A DNA stretch of 64,000 bases from the IMG/VR virus record IMGVR_UViG_3300028920_000043, positions 1 to 64,000 of that record; one strand, given 5' to 3'. Positions 1-8,623 of the stretch are shown one piece after another. Below the pieces are notes generated by a model, which did no database searches, was not told the origin of the DNA, and saw nothing but the letters and a program-made list of their open reading frames with translations. The DNA is from a virus. The position numbers and the translations under genes are program-made. Positions within the stretch are counted from its first letter, which is position 1; each line of letters opens with the position of its first letter.

Positions 1-93
1 AGTTTTGTGCATATAACCGAAAATCACCGCGCTGAGCGCCTCGAATACCGTCCCATGACATATCACTCATATTGCTCGAAATAGAGCGGATTT

Positions 94-209
94 GACAGGT
101 AATTTCCAGTATTTTCCGCATATTAGAGCGTATATCGTGAGGATCTGACGATATACGCGAATACCTGTCCTAAATATGCCTCTCAGAGCTCGTCATATCG
201 CGTATATCG
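94..209. repeat. Nested inverted repeats in non-coding DNA at the window start
   Basis: GACAGGTA (94-101) pairs with TACCTGTC (162-169); GCGTATATCGT (128-138) pairs with ACGATATACGC (148-158); TCGCGTATATCG (198-209) is the reverse complement of 149-160. Confidence 0.6.
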
Positions 210-237
210 CGCCATGATCTGCGCCCTGACATATACC

Positions 238-1086
238 TCATTTCTTGGGAAACCGGACGCCCTGGCGCGTCATATATCGCTTTATCTCCTCAACGGCAAT
301 CAATGCATGATTCTTGAGATCCGTTTGATTGAATCCTCCGAAGTCAATCAGGTCCTCAATTGACTCATCCATATGCCGCTCAATATGCACTTCCCTGTCA
401 AACAACATTCCAGCAGATATCGGTACATAGCGTGCCGCATATACCTTCTTGGTTGCTTGGATCAATCCAAATGCCTCTTCCACTGATCCATCAAACTGAG
501 TAATTGGAAGCTTCTTTTCGATTCTCTTATCCCATACGATCTGGATTGAACGTTCATTCTTATAAGACTCTTTGTCCTTTTCAACATGATTGGGGCCGGT
601 GACATATACACGGTCATACGGTTCTTCCGCCCATTTCACAGGATCAACCAGTACGCTCATGTCTGTCGCTATCGCTGGAAATACTCCTGTCAATTTCTTC
701 ACCGCATCCGCTGCACGATATCCACGCGCTATATTTACCGTGCCCCGCAACAACTCATCCGGGAAGTCCTCATCAAAGCTGTGGCACATCCACGCAAACG
801 GCTTCCCTGCTTTTCGCACCATCTCGATGAGTGGCTTCTTCTCCATCGGCTTCTTGCATGATCCGCTGAGATCACATACAGCATCAGCCCAATCGATTGC
901 CGTCTTCATGTTATCCATACTCAAGTAGCTGGTCGGTCCTGATTTCGTTTTCTTGAATTCTTTTGAATCCAACAATGTACTGAACTCAGGATGTTTATCC
1001 GCTTTGGATAACCCATTCATGGCTCCGATGGCCCTTGCCCGTCCTGCCATGTCAATAAAACTCAAACCAGTAAACAACCACTTCAT
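238..1086 (-). CDS. Polysaccharide pyruvyl transferase-like protein (diverged)
   Basis: 282 aa; ADAVCDLSG, ARGYRAA, TD-x4-DP and late AARY segments resemble the family; lies near other glyco-enzymes. Confidence 0.4.
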   Translation of the reverse strand: MKWLFTGLSFIDMAGRARAIGAMNGLSKADKHPEFSTLLDSKEFKKTKSGPTSYLSMDNMKTAIDWADAVCDLSGSCKKPMEKKPLIEMVRKAGKPFAWMCHSFDEDFPDELLRGTVNIARGYRAADAVKKLTGVFPAIATDMSVLVDPVKWAEEPYDRVYVTGPNHVEKDKESYKNERSIQIVWDKRIEKKLPITQFDGSVEEAFGLIQATKKVYAARYVPISAGMLFDREVHIERHMDESIEDLIDFGGFNQTDLKNHALIAVEEIKRYMTRQGVRFPKK

Positions 1087-1415
1087 TCTTCATCCTCCTT
1101 TTCTAAATTGGAACGAAGGGGTTCTATAAGAATAACAAGCTCTGGATCAAACCAGAACTTGGTAACATGTTTTATATCCACCGAAATAGAATTCAGAAAC
1201 TTCTCTGACTCTTTATCCTTTGGAAAGATTTCCAGCTTGACTGTCTCGCGTTCATAACCACGAAACTTACAGTGTCCTAAATTATCATCCGGATCGTGCC
1301 GAAGAAGAGGAATGGGAGTATCAGAATCAAAGGACACGCCCTCTATATCCGTGAGTTCATTATTCCGATTGGGTTTCCGATATGGAATGAATGTGAAGTA
1401 GCGCTTTTTACTCAT
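1083..1415 (-). CDS. Hypothetical protein
   Basis: Start moved to the ATG of MSKKRY after GAGGAGG; overlaps its neighbours. Confidence 0.55.
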   Translation of the reverse strand: MSKKRYFTFIPYRKPNRNNELTDIEGVSFDSDTPIPLLRHDPDDNLGHCKFRGYERETVKLEIFPKDKESEKFLNSISVDIKHVTKFWFDPELVILIEPLRSNLEKEDEE

Positions 1416-1710
1416 CCTCCTCTTCCTTATCAAATATACCAACCAACTTTTCTTTCTTGTCAACAAACAAAATATCATACTCCGTCTTCTTCGTTGCTTT
1501 CATCAATCGATCCACACTCCTCTTGCTTGCTATCTTCAGAAATGCTTTCTTCCAATTCGGTGTCTTCTTTATCACATGACTCACCAAGGCACTCAATGGT
1601 CCTTCCTGAATCTCCTCGCCCTGCAAAACTCTCGACTTCAGATCCGAGTTCGTTTTCTTCAGCTTGGATTGGAGATTCTTGTAGCTCTTCATCTCTCTCT
1701 GGGTTATCAT
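1408..1710 (-). CDS. Hypothetical protein
   Basis: 100-aa ORF with normal globular composition; coupled to the next gene; overlaps 1475-2002 in another frame. Confidence 0.5.
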   Translation of the reverse strand: MITQREMKSYKNLQSKLKKTNSDLKSRVLQGEEIQEGPLSALVSHVIKKTPNWKKAFLKIASKRSVDRLMKATKKTEYDILFVDKKEKLVGIFDKEEEDE

Positions 1711-2002
1711 AGATATTCATTCTCTCATAGCTATGAAATCGTTTGGAACGTTCATTGTCCACCCATGCCTTCCAACAATTCTTATGAGTTGCAACTCCTA
1801 TCTTTTTATCATACTCACTTAATGTTTTTCCGCATATAGTACAATAACGCCAAACGTCCAACTTAGTCTTTGCCGCACGCTTTGTCTTGTTTGCTTGCTT
1901 TTTCTTTTCTCTGCACGTTCCGCATATCCCAGTTCTGGGTATTTTGAAAAGACCTTTTGAGCATAAAGGACAATAAAATACGATCTGATTTCTAGGGCGC
2001 AT
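1475..2002 (-). CDS. Cys-rich Zn-finger protein
   Basis: CPLC..CGTC and CTIC..HKNC motifs; the acidic C-terminus overlaps 1408-1710. Confidence 0.5.
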   Translation of the reverse strand: MRPRNQIVFYCPLCSKGLFKIPRTGICGTCREKKKQANKTKRAAKTKLDVWRYCTICGKTLSEYDKKIGVATHKNCWKAWVDNERSKRFHSYERMNIYDNPERDEELQESPIQAEENELGSEVESFAGRGDSGRTIECLGESCDKEDTELEESISEDSKQEECGSIDESNEEDGV

Positions 2003-2018
2003 TATAAAAACCACGGCA

Positions 2019-2225
2019 CTAACAGTTATTGTTAACCAATACTTCGTTCTCATTGGCCTTCACTATTGCATACTTGCCCTCAAAATCATAACCGGTAATC
2101 TTCCCTTCTTTGCAATGCTTCTCAATATAAGCACATACTTCTGTCTTGGCAGTATGCTCATCCTTTGCCATGACAAAAAATGATAAAGGCCCGTGCCCCT
2201 CAGGATAAAAAGCGTATAACTTCAA
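2019..2225 (-). CDS. Hypothetical protein
   Basis: 68 aa, tightly packed between neighbours. Confidence 0.55.
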   Translation of the reverse strand: MKLYAFYPEGHGPLSFFVMAKDEHTAKTEVCAYIEKHCKEGKITGYDFEGKYAIVKANENEVLVNNNC

Positions 2226-2227
2226 TG

Positions 2228-2773
2228 TTATTCTCCCTCTGCTTCGTCTTCGTCCTCTTCGCGTACCTGTTCAATAGTATTGGGATAATCCAATAAACAA
2301 TCAACACACATTACCGACGCTTCCTTGGATGAGTCTAATCTGAATGATCCTTTCTCCACGCCAAACTGGATGATTCCTTTGAACACCAACAAGCTTGGAG
2401 AATCGATTGCAAACAACTTACCACATGACCCACACTTGACCGATTGAACGATGTCAGGTTCCAGGTCTTCGATCTCTTTATCCGCAATCGTCTTCTTCAC
2501 CGGCTTGGTTTTCGCCGGCTTGGTTTCAGGTGTCGTCCTTTCAGGTTTTGATTTCGGATCTGACTGTTCCGTCTCCTCCTCCTCTTCATCATCATACTCT
2601 TCCGCGTTTGGTTCGTAAGTATCGTCTTGGATCTCCTCATCGTCCTCAATCTCGATGTCCTTTCCCGCAAGCGGATCTTTCTGATTGAGGATAGGCGTAT
2701 TGTCCCCACGCGCCTTGCGCCTCTCTTCCAAGCGTTGTCTTGCATACGACTTCTTTCTTTTTCTTCGAGACAT
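2228..2773 (-). CDS. Basic/acidic low-complexity protein with C-terminal Zn ribbon
   Basis: AGGAGG before MSRRKRKK; acidic tract; CGSC...CVDC. Confidence 0.6.
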   Translation of the reverse strand: MSRRKRKKSYARQRLEERRKARGDNTPILNQKDPLAGKDIEIEDDEEIQDDTYEPNAEEYDDEEEEETEQSDPKSKPERTTPETKPAKTKPVKKTIADKEIEDLEPDIVQSVKCGSCGKLFAIDSPSLLVFKGIIQFGVEKGSFRLDSSKEASVMCVDCLLDYPNTIEQVREEDEDEAEGE

Positions 2774-2783
2774 AGTCTCCTCC

Positions 2784-3467
2784 TTACAACGTTTTAAGAA
2801 CTTCCACAATGGCATCAAAACCGAGCTCTTTAGCTTTCTTGAAATTATCTTGAAGATCATGGTACGCAACAAAGCTCCATTCTCTCGAGAATGATCTCTC
2901 TCGTTGGCCCTTCACTATTATCATTCTGTCAACACAACTCTTTGCAGAAAAATGCTGCCAGAACTCTCCTTCAAAGGTATACTCATGCATACACAAAGGA
3001 AAGATCTTCATATCAAACACTTGCTTTGGTTTGATAAGAAATACATCAGTACTGCAAGTTGCCGGACCCCAATGATCAAATCCCCAATACCACTTATCAG
3101 CCGCTTGCCAAAAATCCTGGATCAGCTTTTGAACTTTCTTGTTGTCAAGAAACCATGTATCCGCATTGACTTTTAATACCACATCGAACTTATTAAGATA
3201 TGCACAAGCAATGCCGGCATTGATATTGTCCTGCTCTCCTAAATGCTGACCCCTATTCTGTGTGGTCCATATAACAGTATGGTACCTGTTATGAGCAATA
3301 TGGTCATGGCTAAATAATGATCTGCCACTCACTGCCAATATTACTTCCAGGTTATTAAACATCCAAGAGTCTATTACCGCTTTACAGTATTTTATCTCCC
3401 ATGGACGCAGTTCAAGACAAGAACAAATAACAACAGCGACCTTGGGACCATTAATCAAGTTAATCAT
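2784..3467 (-). CDS. Putative glycosyltransferase (GT-A-like)
   Basis: NRGQHLG...INAG followed by VLKVNADTW (DxD-like position). Confidence 0.45.
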   Translation of the reverse strand: MINLINGPKVAVVICSCLELRPWEIKYCKAVIDSWMFNNLEVILAVSGRSLFSHDHIAHNRYHTVIWTTQNRGQHLGEQDNINAGIACAYLNKFDVVLKVNADTWFLDNKKVQKLIQDFWQAADKWYWGFDHWGPATCSTDVFLIKPKQVFDMKIFPLCMHEYTFEGEFWQHFSAKSCVDRMIIVKGQRERSFSREWSFVAYHDLQDNFKKAKELGFDAIVEVLKTL

Positions 3468-3474
3468 GCTTTCC

Positions 3475-4218
3475 TTATCTGATAATATTTGGAAATACCA
3501 TCTCTTGCATTACCGGACCTGTCCGCGGATTAGTATACTTTGAAAAGATCAACTCATGAGGCTCTATGGGCTCATGGTGAATTAAACAACGTCTATGCTT
3601 TTTGGCTTCCGAGAACTCGTCCATTTGCGCTACTCGTGAATTGATAGACGCAGTACTCGCCAGATGATACCCCTTGGTTAATAATGTTTGAGATAATCCT
3701 ACCTCAAGCTCTATCGATTCTTCCCTGTCCAAATCCCTGACAATAAAAAAGCGATCTCTCAACTCTTTGAAGATCGTTAGTGGAATCATAAAGCAATACG
3801 TCTGCACATGCCATTCTGGAAACTTGTGTATATGCAATGGGGATATGGTCGGTCCTATTATTCCTATGTTTGTCTCATGTTCAAAAATTGTCTTATAGCG
3901 TTCCAACCAATGATCACAAAAAGGACCGGTACATGTATCATTGATGAAAAATAAATGAGTATGCTTGTTTATAATTCCTTCATTTACTTCCTCCAGCATC
4001 TGCGACCATATACAAAAATCCCTTCCCATATTAATCGTCTTGATCTCTCTGCAGTACGTGGCTTTCATAAGATCATCTGGTAGATCGTACTTAGTAGAAA
4101 TAGGATTGCTGATATAAGTAGTATACGGAACTTGCGTACTGCGTCCGCACAATGAACGCAAGAAGAACTCTAGATAAGCGTGTCTCGAATGATGGGCATA
4201 TAGTATCAGTACATTCAT
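3475..4218 (-). CDS. Rhamnan-synthesis protein F (RgpF)-like glycosyltransferase
   Basis: GRDF..W, FINDTCTGP, HVQTYCF and ELEVGLSQ motifs. Confidence 0.55.
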   Translation of the reverse strand: MNVLILYAHHSRHAYLEFFLRSLCGRSTQVPYTTYISNPISTKYDLPDDLMKATYCREIKTINMGRDFCIWSQMLEEVNEGIINKHTHLFFINDTCTGPFCDHWLERYKTIFEHETNIGIIGPTISPLHIHKFPEWHVQTYCFMIPLTIFKELRDRFFIVRDLDREESIELEVGLSQTLLTKGYHLASTASINSRVAQMDEFSEAKKHRRCLIHHEPIEPHELIFSKYTNPRTGPVMQEMVFPNIIR

Positions 4219-4234
4219 AATTCATTCCTGAAAT

Positions 4235-4308
4235 AAAAAACCCAGGCCGGGGCAAAAGGATGAAGAGCACTAGGCTCTCTGGGGGAAGTCGAAAATCCCC
4301 GACCTGGG
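4235..4308 (-). terminator. Terminator-like structure with a large structured loop
   Basis: Minus strand: CCCAGGTCGGGG...CCCCGGCCTGGG (12-bp stem, one G-U) followed by TTTTTT; internal AGAGC/GCTCT hairpin. Confidence 0.6.
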
Positions 4309-4317
4309 GGGAAAGTA

Positions 4318-4668
4318 TTAACAGAAATCTCCTTCACTGAATATGAATCCTTCACCATCCCAATGATCTGAGGATTGTGCATCTTTCAAGAATTCTCTAT
4401 GAGAATGCTCACGCCTCTCCATAGTATTTGATTCCTTTACTATTTTTATAAAATCATCTACTGATAATACCTGTCCATACTCGTCCGTGATCTCAACGTC
4501 CGACTTACTTTTCAAAAACGCTTTCCACTGTCTCCATGACTTTAGTTTCCGATGTTCTATACTATGAAACAGGAACGTCCAGCCCATTGGTAGCTTACCG
4601 ATATGCTCATGCTCGTGGCGTTTGCATTTACTGCAATGATCAAACGTGCAATAATAATTAGTACCCAT
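4318..4668 (-). CDS. Conserved phage hypothetical protein
   Basis: MGTNYY...HIGK..GW.F...DEYG pattern common in phage ORFs; RBS present. Confidence 0.65.
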   Translation of the reverse strand: MGTNYYCTFDHCSKCKRHEHEHIGKLPMGWTFLFHSIEHRKLKSWRQWKAFLKSKSDVEITDEYGQVLSVDDFIKIVKESNTMERREHSHREFLKDAQSSDHWDGEGFIFSEGDFC

Positions 4669-4677
4669 GATAGCTCC

Positions 4678-4962
4678 TTATGGTAAACGAAACTTATCCC
4701 GGTTGAGTACGTTCTGCTTTTCTGGATCTGCGTTCCTCATAAACGCCATTGAGTTGTCAGTCGTCATTGCCTTCTTGTGTGGTACCGGCGCTATCGTGAA
4801 TCCACGTTTCTGCATCTCTTCAATCTGAGCATACTTGATCTTCGTTCTGTTTTGAACATCTTGCCAATCGGTGAAAGGTCTTCGCTCCATCAGATGAATT
4901 GACAACTCCGTCTCACCATACATAGAATAAAAAGCATCAACAGCAATTCCATTTAGATTCAT
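4678..4962 (-). CDS. Hypothetical protein, possible degenerate helix-hairpin-helix
   Basis: NLN...RRPFTDWQDV loosely resembles ComEA-type HhH. Confidence 0.45.
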   Translation of the reverse strand: MNLNGIAVDAFYSMYGETELSIHLMERRPFTDWQDVQNRTKIKYAQIEEMQKRGFTIAPVPHKKAMTTDNSMAFMRNADPEKQNVLNRDKFRLP

Positions 4963-4973
4963 TTTACTATTCC

Positions 4974-5192
4974 TTACTTATTCCTTATTTCATTGTTTCT
5001 GGTAGATACATGCTTTCGGAGTGCGCGGATCATTGCCATTGCTTTACCCAGATGCTTTCGTGCTCTCCTTCCCGCCGCAATATTCCCTTCTTTCAATTGC
5101 TTATTGGTTTCGTATAACCCATCCTCAAATGATTCTTTGAGCAGATCCATGAGTTCTTTAGTATCTATTTGCAAATAATCCTCATACTTCAT
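4974..5192 (-). CDS. Hc1-family histone H1-like nucleoid protein
   Basis: GNIAAGRRARK matches the GNKAAxxRARK signature of bacterial Hc1 helical domains; 72 aa. Confidence 0.7.
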   Translation of the reverse strand: MKYEDYLQIDTKELMDLLKESFEDGLYETNKQLKEGNIAAGRRARKHLGKAMAMIRALRKHVSTRNNEIRNK

Positions 5193-5853
5193 TCTTATAT
5201 TCCTCAGCTCTGGTTAAGCCTTTCTTATTTTTGAACTCATATGCTTTGTCCGCAATATCCAAGAACTCGTCCTTATGAGTTATGAGAACGAATTGGATTC
5301 CTGTTTTATCGTGAAGCTGTTTAACCAGACTGGCACAGTTCGGCAGAAATGCTCGACTGGTATGCTTGAATCCTTCATCTGATATGATGAAAGGTTCTTG
5401 CTTCGGTCTATACCATAACAAGACCAATACCTGCAGAACAAAAGCGATGACATCTCGGAATCCTCCCCCATGCCCATCCTTGATAGACGTCTCCATATCC
5501 TCAGTACCAAACTTTGAAACCAAGGACGCTATAACCACCGGAACGTTTCGTTTCATATCAAAAGTCAATCTGAATTCCAAATCCTTTCGATTGAATACTA
5601 ACCGAAGCGCTTTGGTTGTTATGCGTTCCAACTTCTGCTTCGCTTCTTCGCGCTTTAACTCTCCAATCAATTCCAGTACGCGGCGAGCATCATTAGTCAA
5701 TTCAACATCCTCAGCAAGACGTTCTTGCTCCTCAACAATCCTACCGCGCTCTTTGACCTTTTGATGAAGATGAAATAACATTTCATCCAAGCGCGTGACC
5801 ACGTTGTCAAGCTGATCTGTTGCTGTTCTTATTCTGTCGCCAATCTTATTCAT
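5182..5853 (-). CDS. Rad50/SbcC-like ABC ATPase, C-terminal half
   Basis: Coiled coil, then signature-like GGG, Walker B FIISDEG and H-loop LITHK; no Walker A. Confidence 0.8.
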   Translation of the reverse strand: MNKIGDRIRTATDQLDNVVTRLDEMLFHLHQKVKERGRIVEEQERLAEDVELTNDARRVLELIGELKREEAKQKLERITTKALRLVFNRKDLEFRLTFDMKRNVPVVIASLVSKFGTEDMETSIKDGHGGGFRDVIAFVLQVLVLLWYRPKQEPFIISDEGFKHTSRAFLPNCASLVKQLHDKTGIQFVLITHKDEFLDIADKAYEFKNKKGLTRAEEYKNEV

Positions 5854-6166
5854 CTTCTTCCTCATCCAAAAGATCGTCCTCTTCTTCTTCTTCGACCTCT
5901 TCGGATTCGACCAGTTCTTCATCCGCCTGCTTCATCAAATCATCAATCCCTTTTTCCAAGGATTTGATTTCCTTCAGCAACGTCTTCTCTTCCGTTGCTA
6001 TCTTCTTATCCAAATCCTTTTCACCGACTTTGAATTTCTTCAGCGTTGCATTGCACTCCTTCAATCCCTTTTCGACTTCGCCAAGCCGACCCTCAAGTTG
6101 AGCTTTGCGCGTCTTAGCACTCTCAACTTTATCGCATAATTCGTTATACCGTTCTTGGAATCCCAT
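5846..6166 (-). CDS. Coiled-coil protein (likely middle piece of the split Rad50)
   Basis: Heptad pattern with acidic tail; coupled to both neighbours. Confidence 0.55.
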   Translation of the reverse strand: MGFQERYNELCDKVESAKTRKAQLEGRLGEVEKGLKECNATLKKFKVGEKDLDKKIATEEKTLLKEIKSLEKGIDDLMKQADEELVESEEVEEEEEDDLLDEEEDE

Positions 6167-7128
6167 TATCGCTCCACCTCCATAAGACTTGTTACTTTGT
6201 TATGCAGCCTGAAATCCTTGTATTTCTTTTTGAGTCCCAGTTTCTTGATACCCAAATCCACCAGATCATCCAGATCATTGACATTCATCTCTTGCCCTTC
6301 CTCCACGATCTCCTCTGCCAATGCCTTTATCTCTTCTTCGGTGTCGTCTATTACGTCATCAGCCTCTGCTACCCATACATCCTTCTCTATTGGTATCCTC
6401 ATCCATTTATGTGTCCAGTTATCATTGGTGACTCTCAATATTAAAAATCGCGGCTGATACTTTTTAAGATCAATTGAATCTCTACCAATCGTTCCCAACT
6501 GAAATACATACTTACCCGGTACATACTCCTCAACGAAGAAATCAGGACTGTGGACATGTCCATTGATAATGATGTCCGGTTCTATTTTCTTTGCTGCTTT
6601 CTTCAAATCACTCAGGAGGATATGATCATCATAAGGAGGACGACTCTTGAATAATGCCGCATGAGTAATCAATATTCTGAGCTGTCCGTCTTCCGTTGTG
6701 AACCGCGACTCAGTGAAGTTGTCGATTGCATTATATCCTGCCTTGTAACTGACGCCGCGAATCTCAACCAGATCATTTATGTAGGGCTTCTTGTCCAGCC
6801 ATCTCACCTTGCCAGAACGCAACAAAGCGCCGATGGCTTTGTAGCGCTCACTCTTTACCTGGTAGCCTGTTATATCGTGATTACCAATAATAGAATAAAT
6901 CCGACCTTTCAAACAGCCGAGCAGTTTATTCAACTCAGAAAATGAATAAGAATGATGTAGCTTTCTATGGAACCAATCACCAGTGCTGAATAAATCTGAT
7001 ACTCGCACTTTCTTTCTGGCGCTTTGAATATATTCCAGCTTTGCCAATAGCTGATCACCATAATCTTCTGAGCGCCGTGCCGGTGGTCGGATTGAATAAT
7101 GTAGATCGCCAAAGAATCCTAGGTTCAT
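6166..7128 (-). CDS. Mre11/SbcD-like metallophosphoesterase nuclease
   Basis: GDLH, GDWFH, GNHD, TH and GHVH motifs. Confidence 0.88.
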   Translation of the reverse strand: MNLGFFGDLHYSIRPPARRSEDYGDQLLAKLEYIQSARKKVRVSDLFSTGDWFHRKLHHSYSFSELNKLLGCLKGRIYSIIGNHDITGYQVKSERYKAIGALLRSGKVRWLDKKPYINDLVEIRGVSYKAGYNAIDNFTESRFTTEDGQLRILITHAALFKSRPPYDDHILLSDLKKAAKKIEPDIIINGHVHSPDFFVEEYVPGKYVFQLGTIGRDSIDLKKYQPRFLILRVTNDNWTHKWMRIPIEKDVWVAEADDVIDDTEEEIKALAEEIVEEGQEMNVNDLDDLVDLGIKKLGLKKKYKDFRLHNKVTSLMEVER

Positions 7129-8231
7129 AATCCCATATCCTCCACCAGATACTTTTTGCATACATCAATAAATGGTTTCTTTGTCAAAGGACATATTCCT
7201 TGCTTCTGCACCAGCTCTGATACAGCACCGATCTTTGCTTCTAAGGATTCGGTACAATCATTCAGTTCTTTCTTTAAGAATATTTGTCTCTGGCGTCCTT
7301 TTGTAAGATTGGCACTTATAGATTGCAGTCTTGAAAAGTGCTCAATCTGTTTATTCAATGTCTCAAAGTTTTCTAATACTAAAGCCAATCCACCTATGAC
7401 TCCCCCAGTGAATTGGAATTCTTCTGCAAGCTGATCACTTTTCTTTTTTGCCTCAATGATGGAGCTTAACTGACGAGCCTTACCAATTATACTCGCCGCA
7501 TCAATAATATACTTGCCCAAGGATACAATCAGCGTCTTGATCCTTATTGAATCCTCACGATGTCTTTTTAATAATTCGCGTATTGCACGAAGTTGTCTCA
7601 ATCGTTTTCTCTTACTTTGGATTTGTACCAACTTCTTGTCAATCTCAGTGGCCTTCTCTCTTATGTTTGTCAAACGCGGCAATGGTTCAAGATCAATATC
7701 CAACTCCGCCTTTTGCTTCTCAAGCATGTCTTGATCTTGTTTCAGATGCCGCAACTTGAGCACCGCTTGACGTGAGCCTTCCAGGATCATATTGATACCG
7801 GGAATCAATGATGTCACTATCTTCGCTGAATCCTGCTCGCTTTGCGAAACAATAAAGTGAGATTCAAACTGATCAATGAAGTTAAGGCGCTTGACCACCT
7901 TCTGACCAAAATCTATCTCTTTCAATCCATGCACGTCAGAGGCTTCTTCAGGACACGATTGACCAACATTGGTAAATGGTTTCTTGCCAACCGTGTACTT
8001 ATTTATGCCCTTTCCTTTTTCCCACTTCACTTTATTATCAATAGAAACCATAGATGATTTCTCACCATGAGTAACGAAATCAATACCGCGAGTGTTGAAA
8101 GCAAAATCACGCAGAGCACGAAAGAAATTGGTTTTACCAGAATCACTGTCACCGAAGATGACATTAATTCCGCCCATCTCTAATTCAATGTTCTTTAATG
8201 ATCGATAGTTTTTAATCTTTACATTGTCCAT
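7125..8231 (-). CDS. Rad50/SbcC-like ABC ATPase, N-terminal half
   Basis: IKNYRS, Walker A GDSDSGKT, Q-loop DQF, coiled coil ending in hook-like CPLT. Confidence 0.85.
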   Translation of the reverse strand: MDNVKIKNYRSLKNIELEMGGINVIFGDSDSGKTNFFRALRDFAFNTRGIDFVTHGEKSSMVSIDNKVKWEKGKGINKYTVGKKPFTNVGQSCPEEASDVHGLKEIDFGQKVVKRLNFIDQFESHFIVSQSEQDSAKIVTSLIPGINMILEGSRQAVLKLRHLKQDQDMLEKQKAELDIDLEPLPRLTNIREKATEIDKKLVQIQSKRKRLRQLRAIRELLKRHREDSIRIKTLIVSLGKYIIDAASIIGKARQLSSIIEAKKKSDQLAEEFQFTGGVIGGLALVLENFETLNKQIEHFSRLQSISANLTKGRQRQIFLKKELNDCTESLEAKIGAVSELVQKQGICPLTKKPFIDVCKKYLVEDMGL

Positions 8232-8506
8232 TACTGCACCCGTGTCTTGGTACCGCCGTAATATTCCTTCCGCCGTTTGTTGAGATCAATCTTTTCTTTC
8301 TGCGCGAAGAACTCACAAACTTTAATAACTCCCTCCGGCAGTATGATATAGGTCCCCTCACTCAATACCAACTCAACGTTCATCTGCAGAAGCTTGAACA
8401 CGTTCATCTGGAGACGACCATAAGGTATTCCCAAGAACTTAGACAGCTCAGGAATAGTGACAGGGTACTGCGCTTCTATTGGATTTCCTACTATCGGGAA
8501 TTTCAT
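8231..8506 (-). CDS. Small HTH-like protein
   Basis: VTIPELSKFLGIP HTH-like start; GGAGGAG RBS. Confidence 0.5.
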   Translation of the reverse strand: MKFPIVGNPIEAQYPVTIPELSKFLGIPYGRLQMNVFKLLQMNVELVLSEGTYIILPEGVIKVCEFFAQKEKIDLNKRRKEYYGGTKTRVQ

Positions 8507-8535
8507 TTTCTTCTCCTCCCTAAAATCTAAAGGAT

Positions 8536-8575
8536 AAAAAGTGGGCTGGATGATTTACCCGGAACCACCCAGCCC
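8536..8575 (-). terminator. Intrinsic terminator downstream of recA
   Basis: Minus strand: GGGCTGGGTGGTT/AATCATCCAGCCC stem followed by ACTTTTT. Confidence 0.65.
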
Positions 8576-8623
8576 TTATGCGAGATGCTCTGTTTGGAGG
8601 AGGCCGAACAGCTCGCGTTTTTT

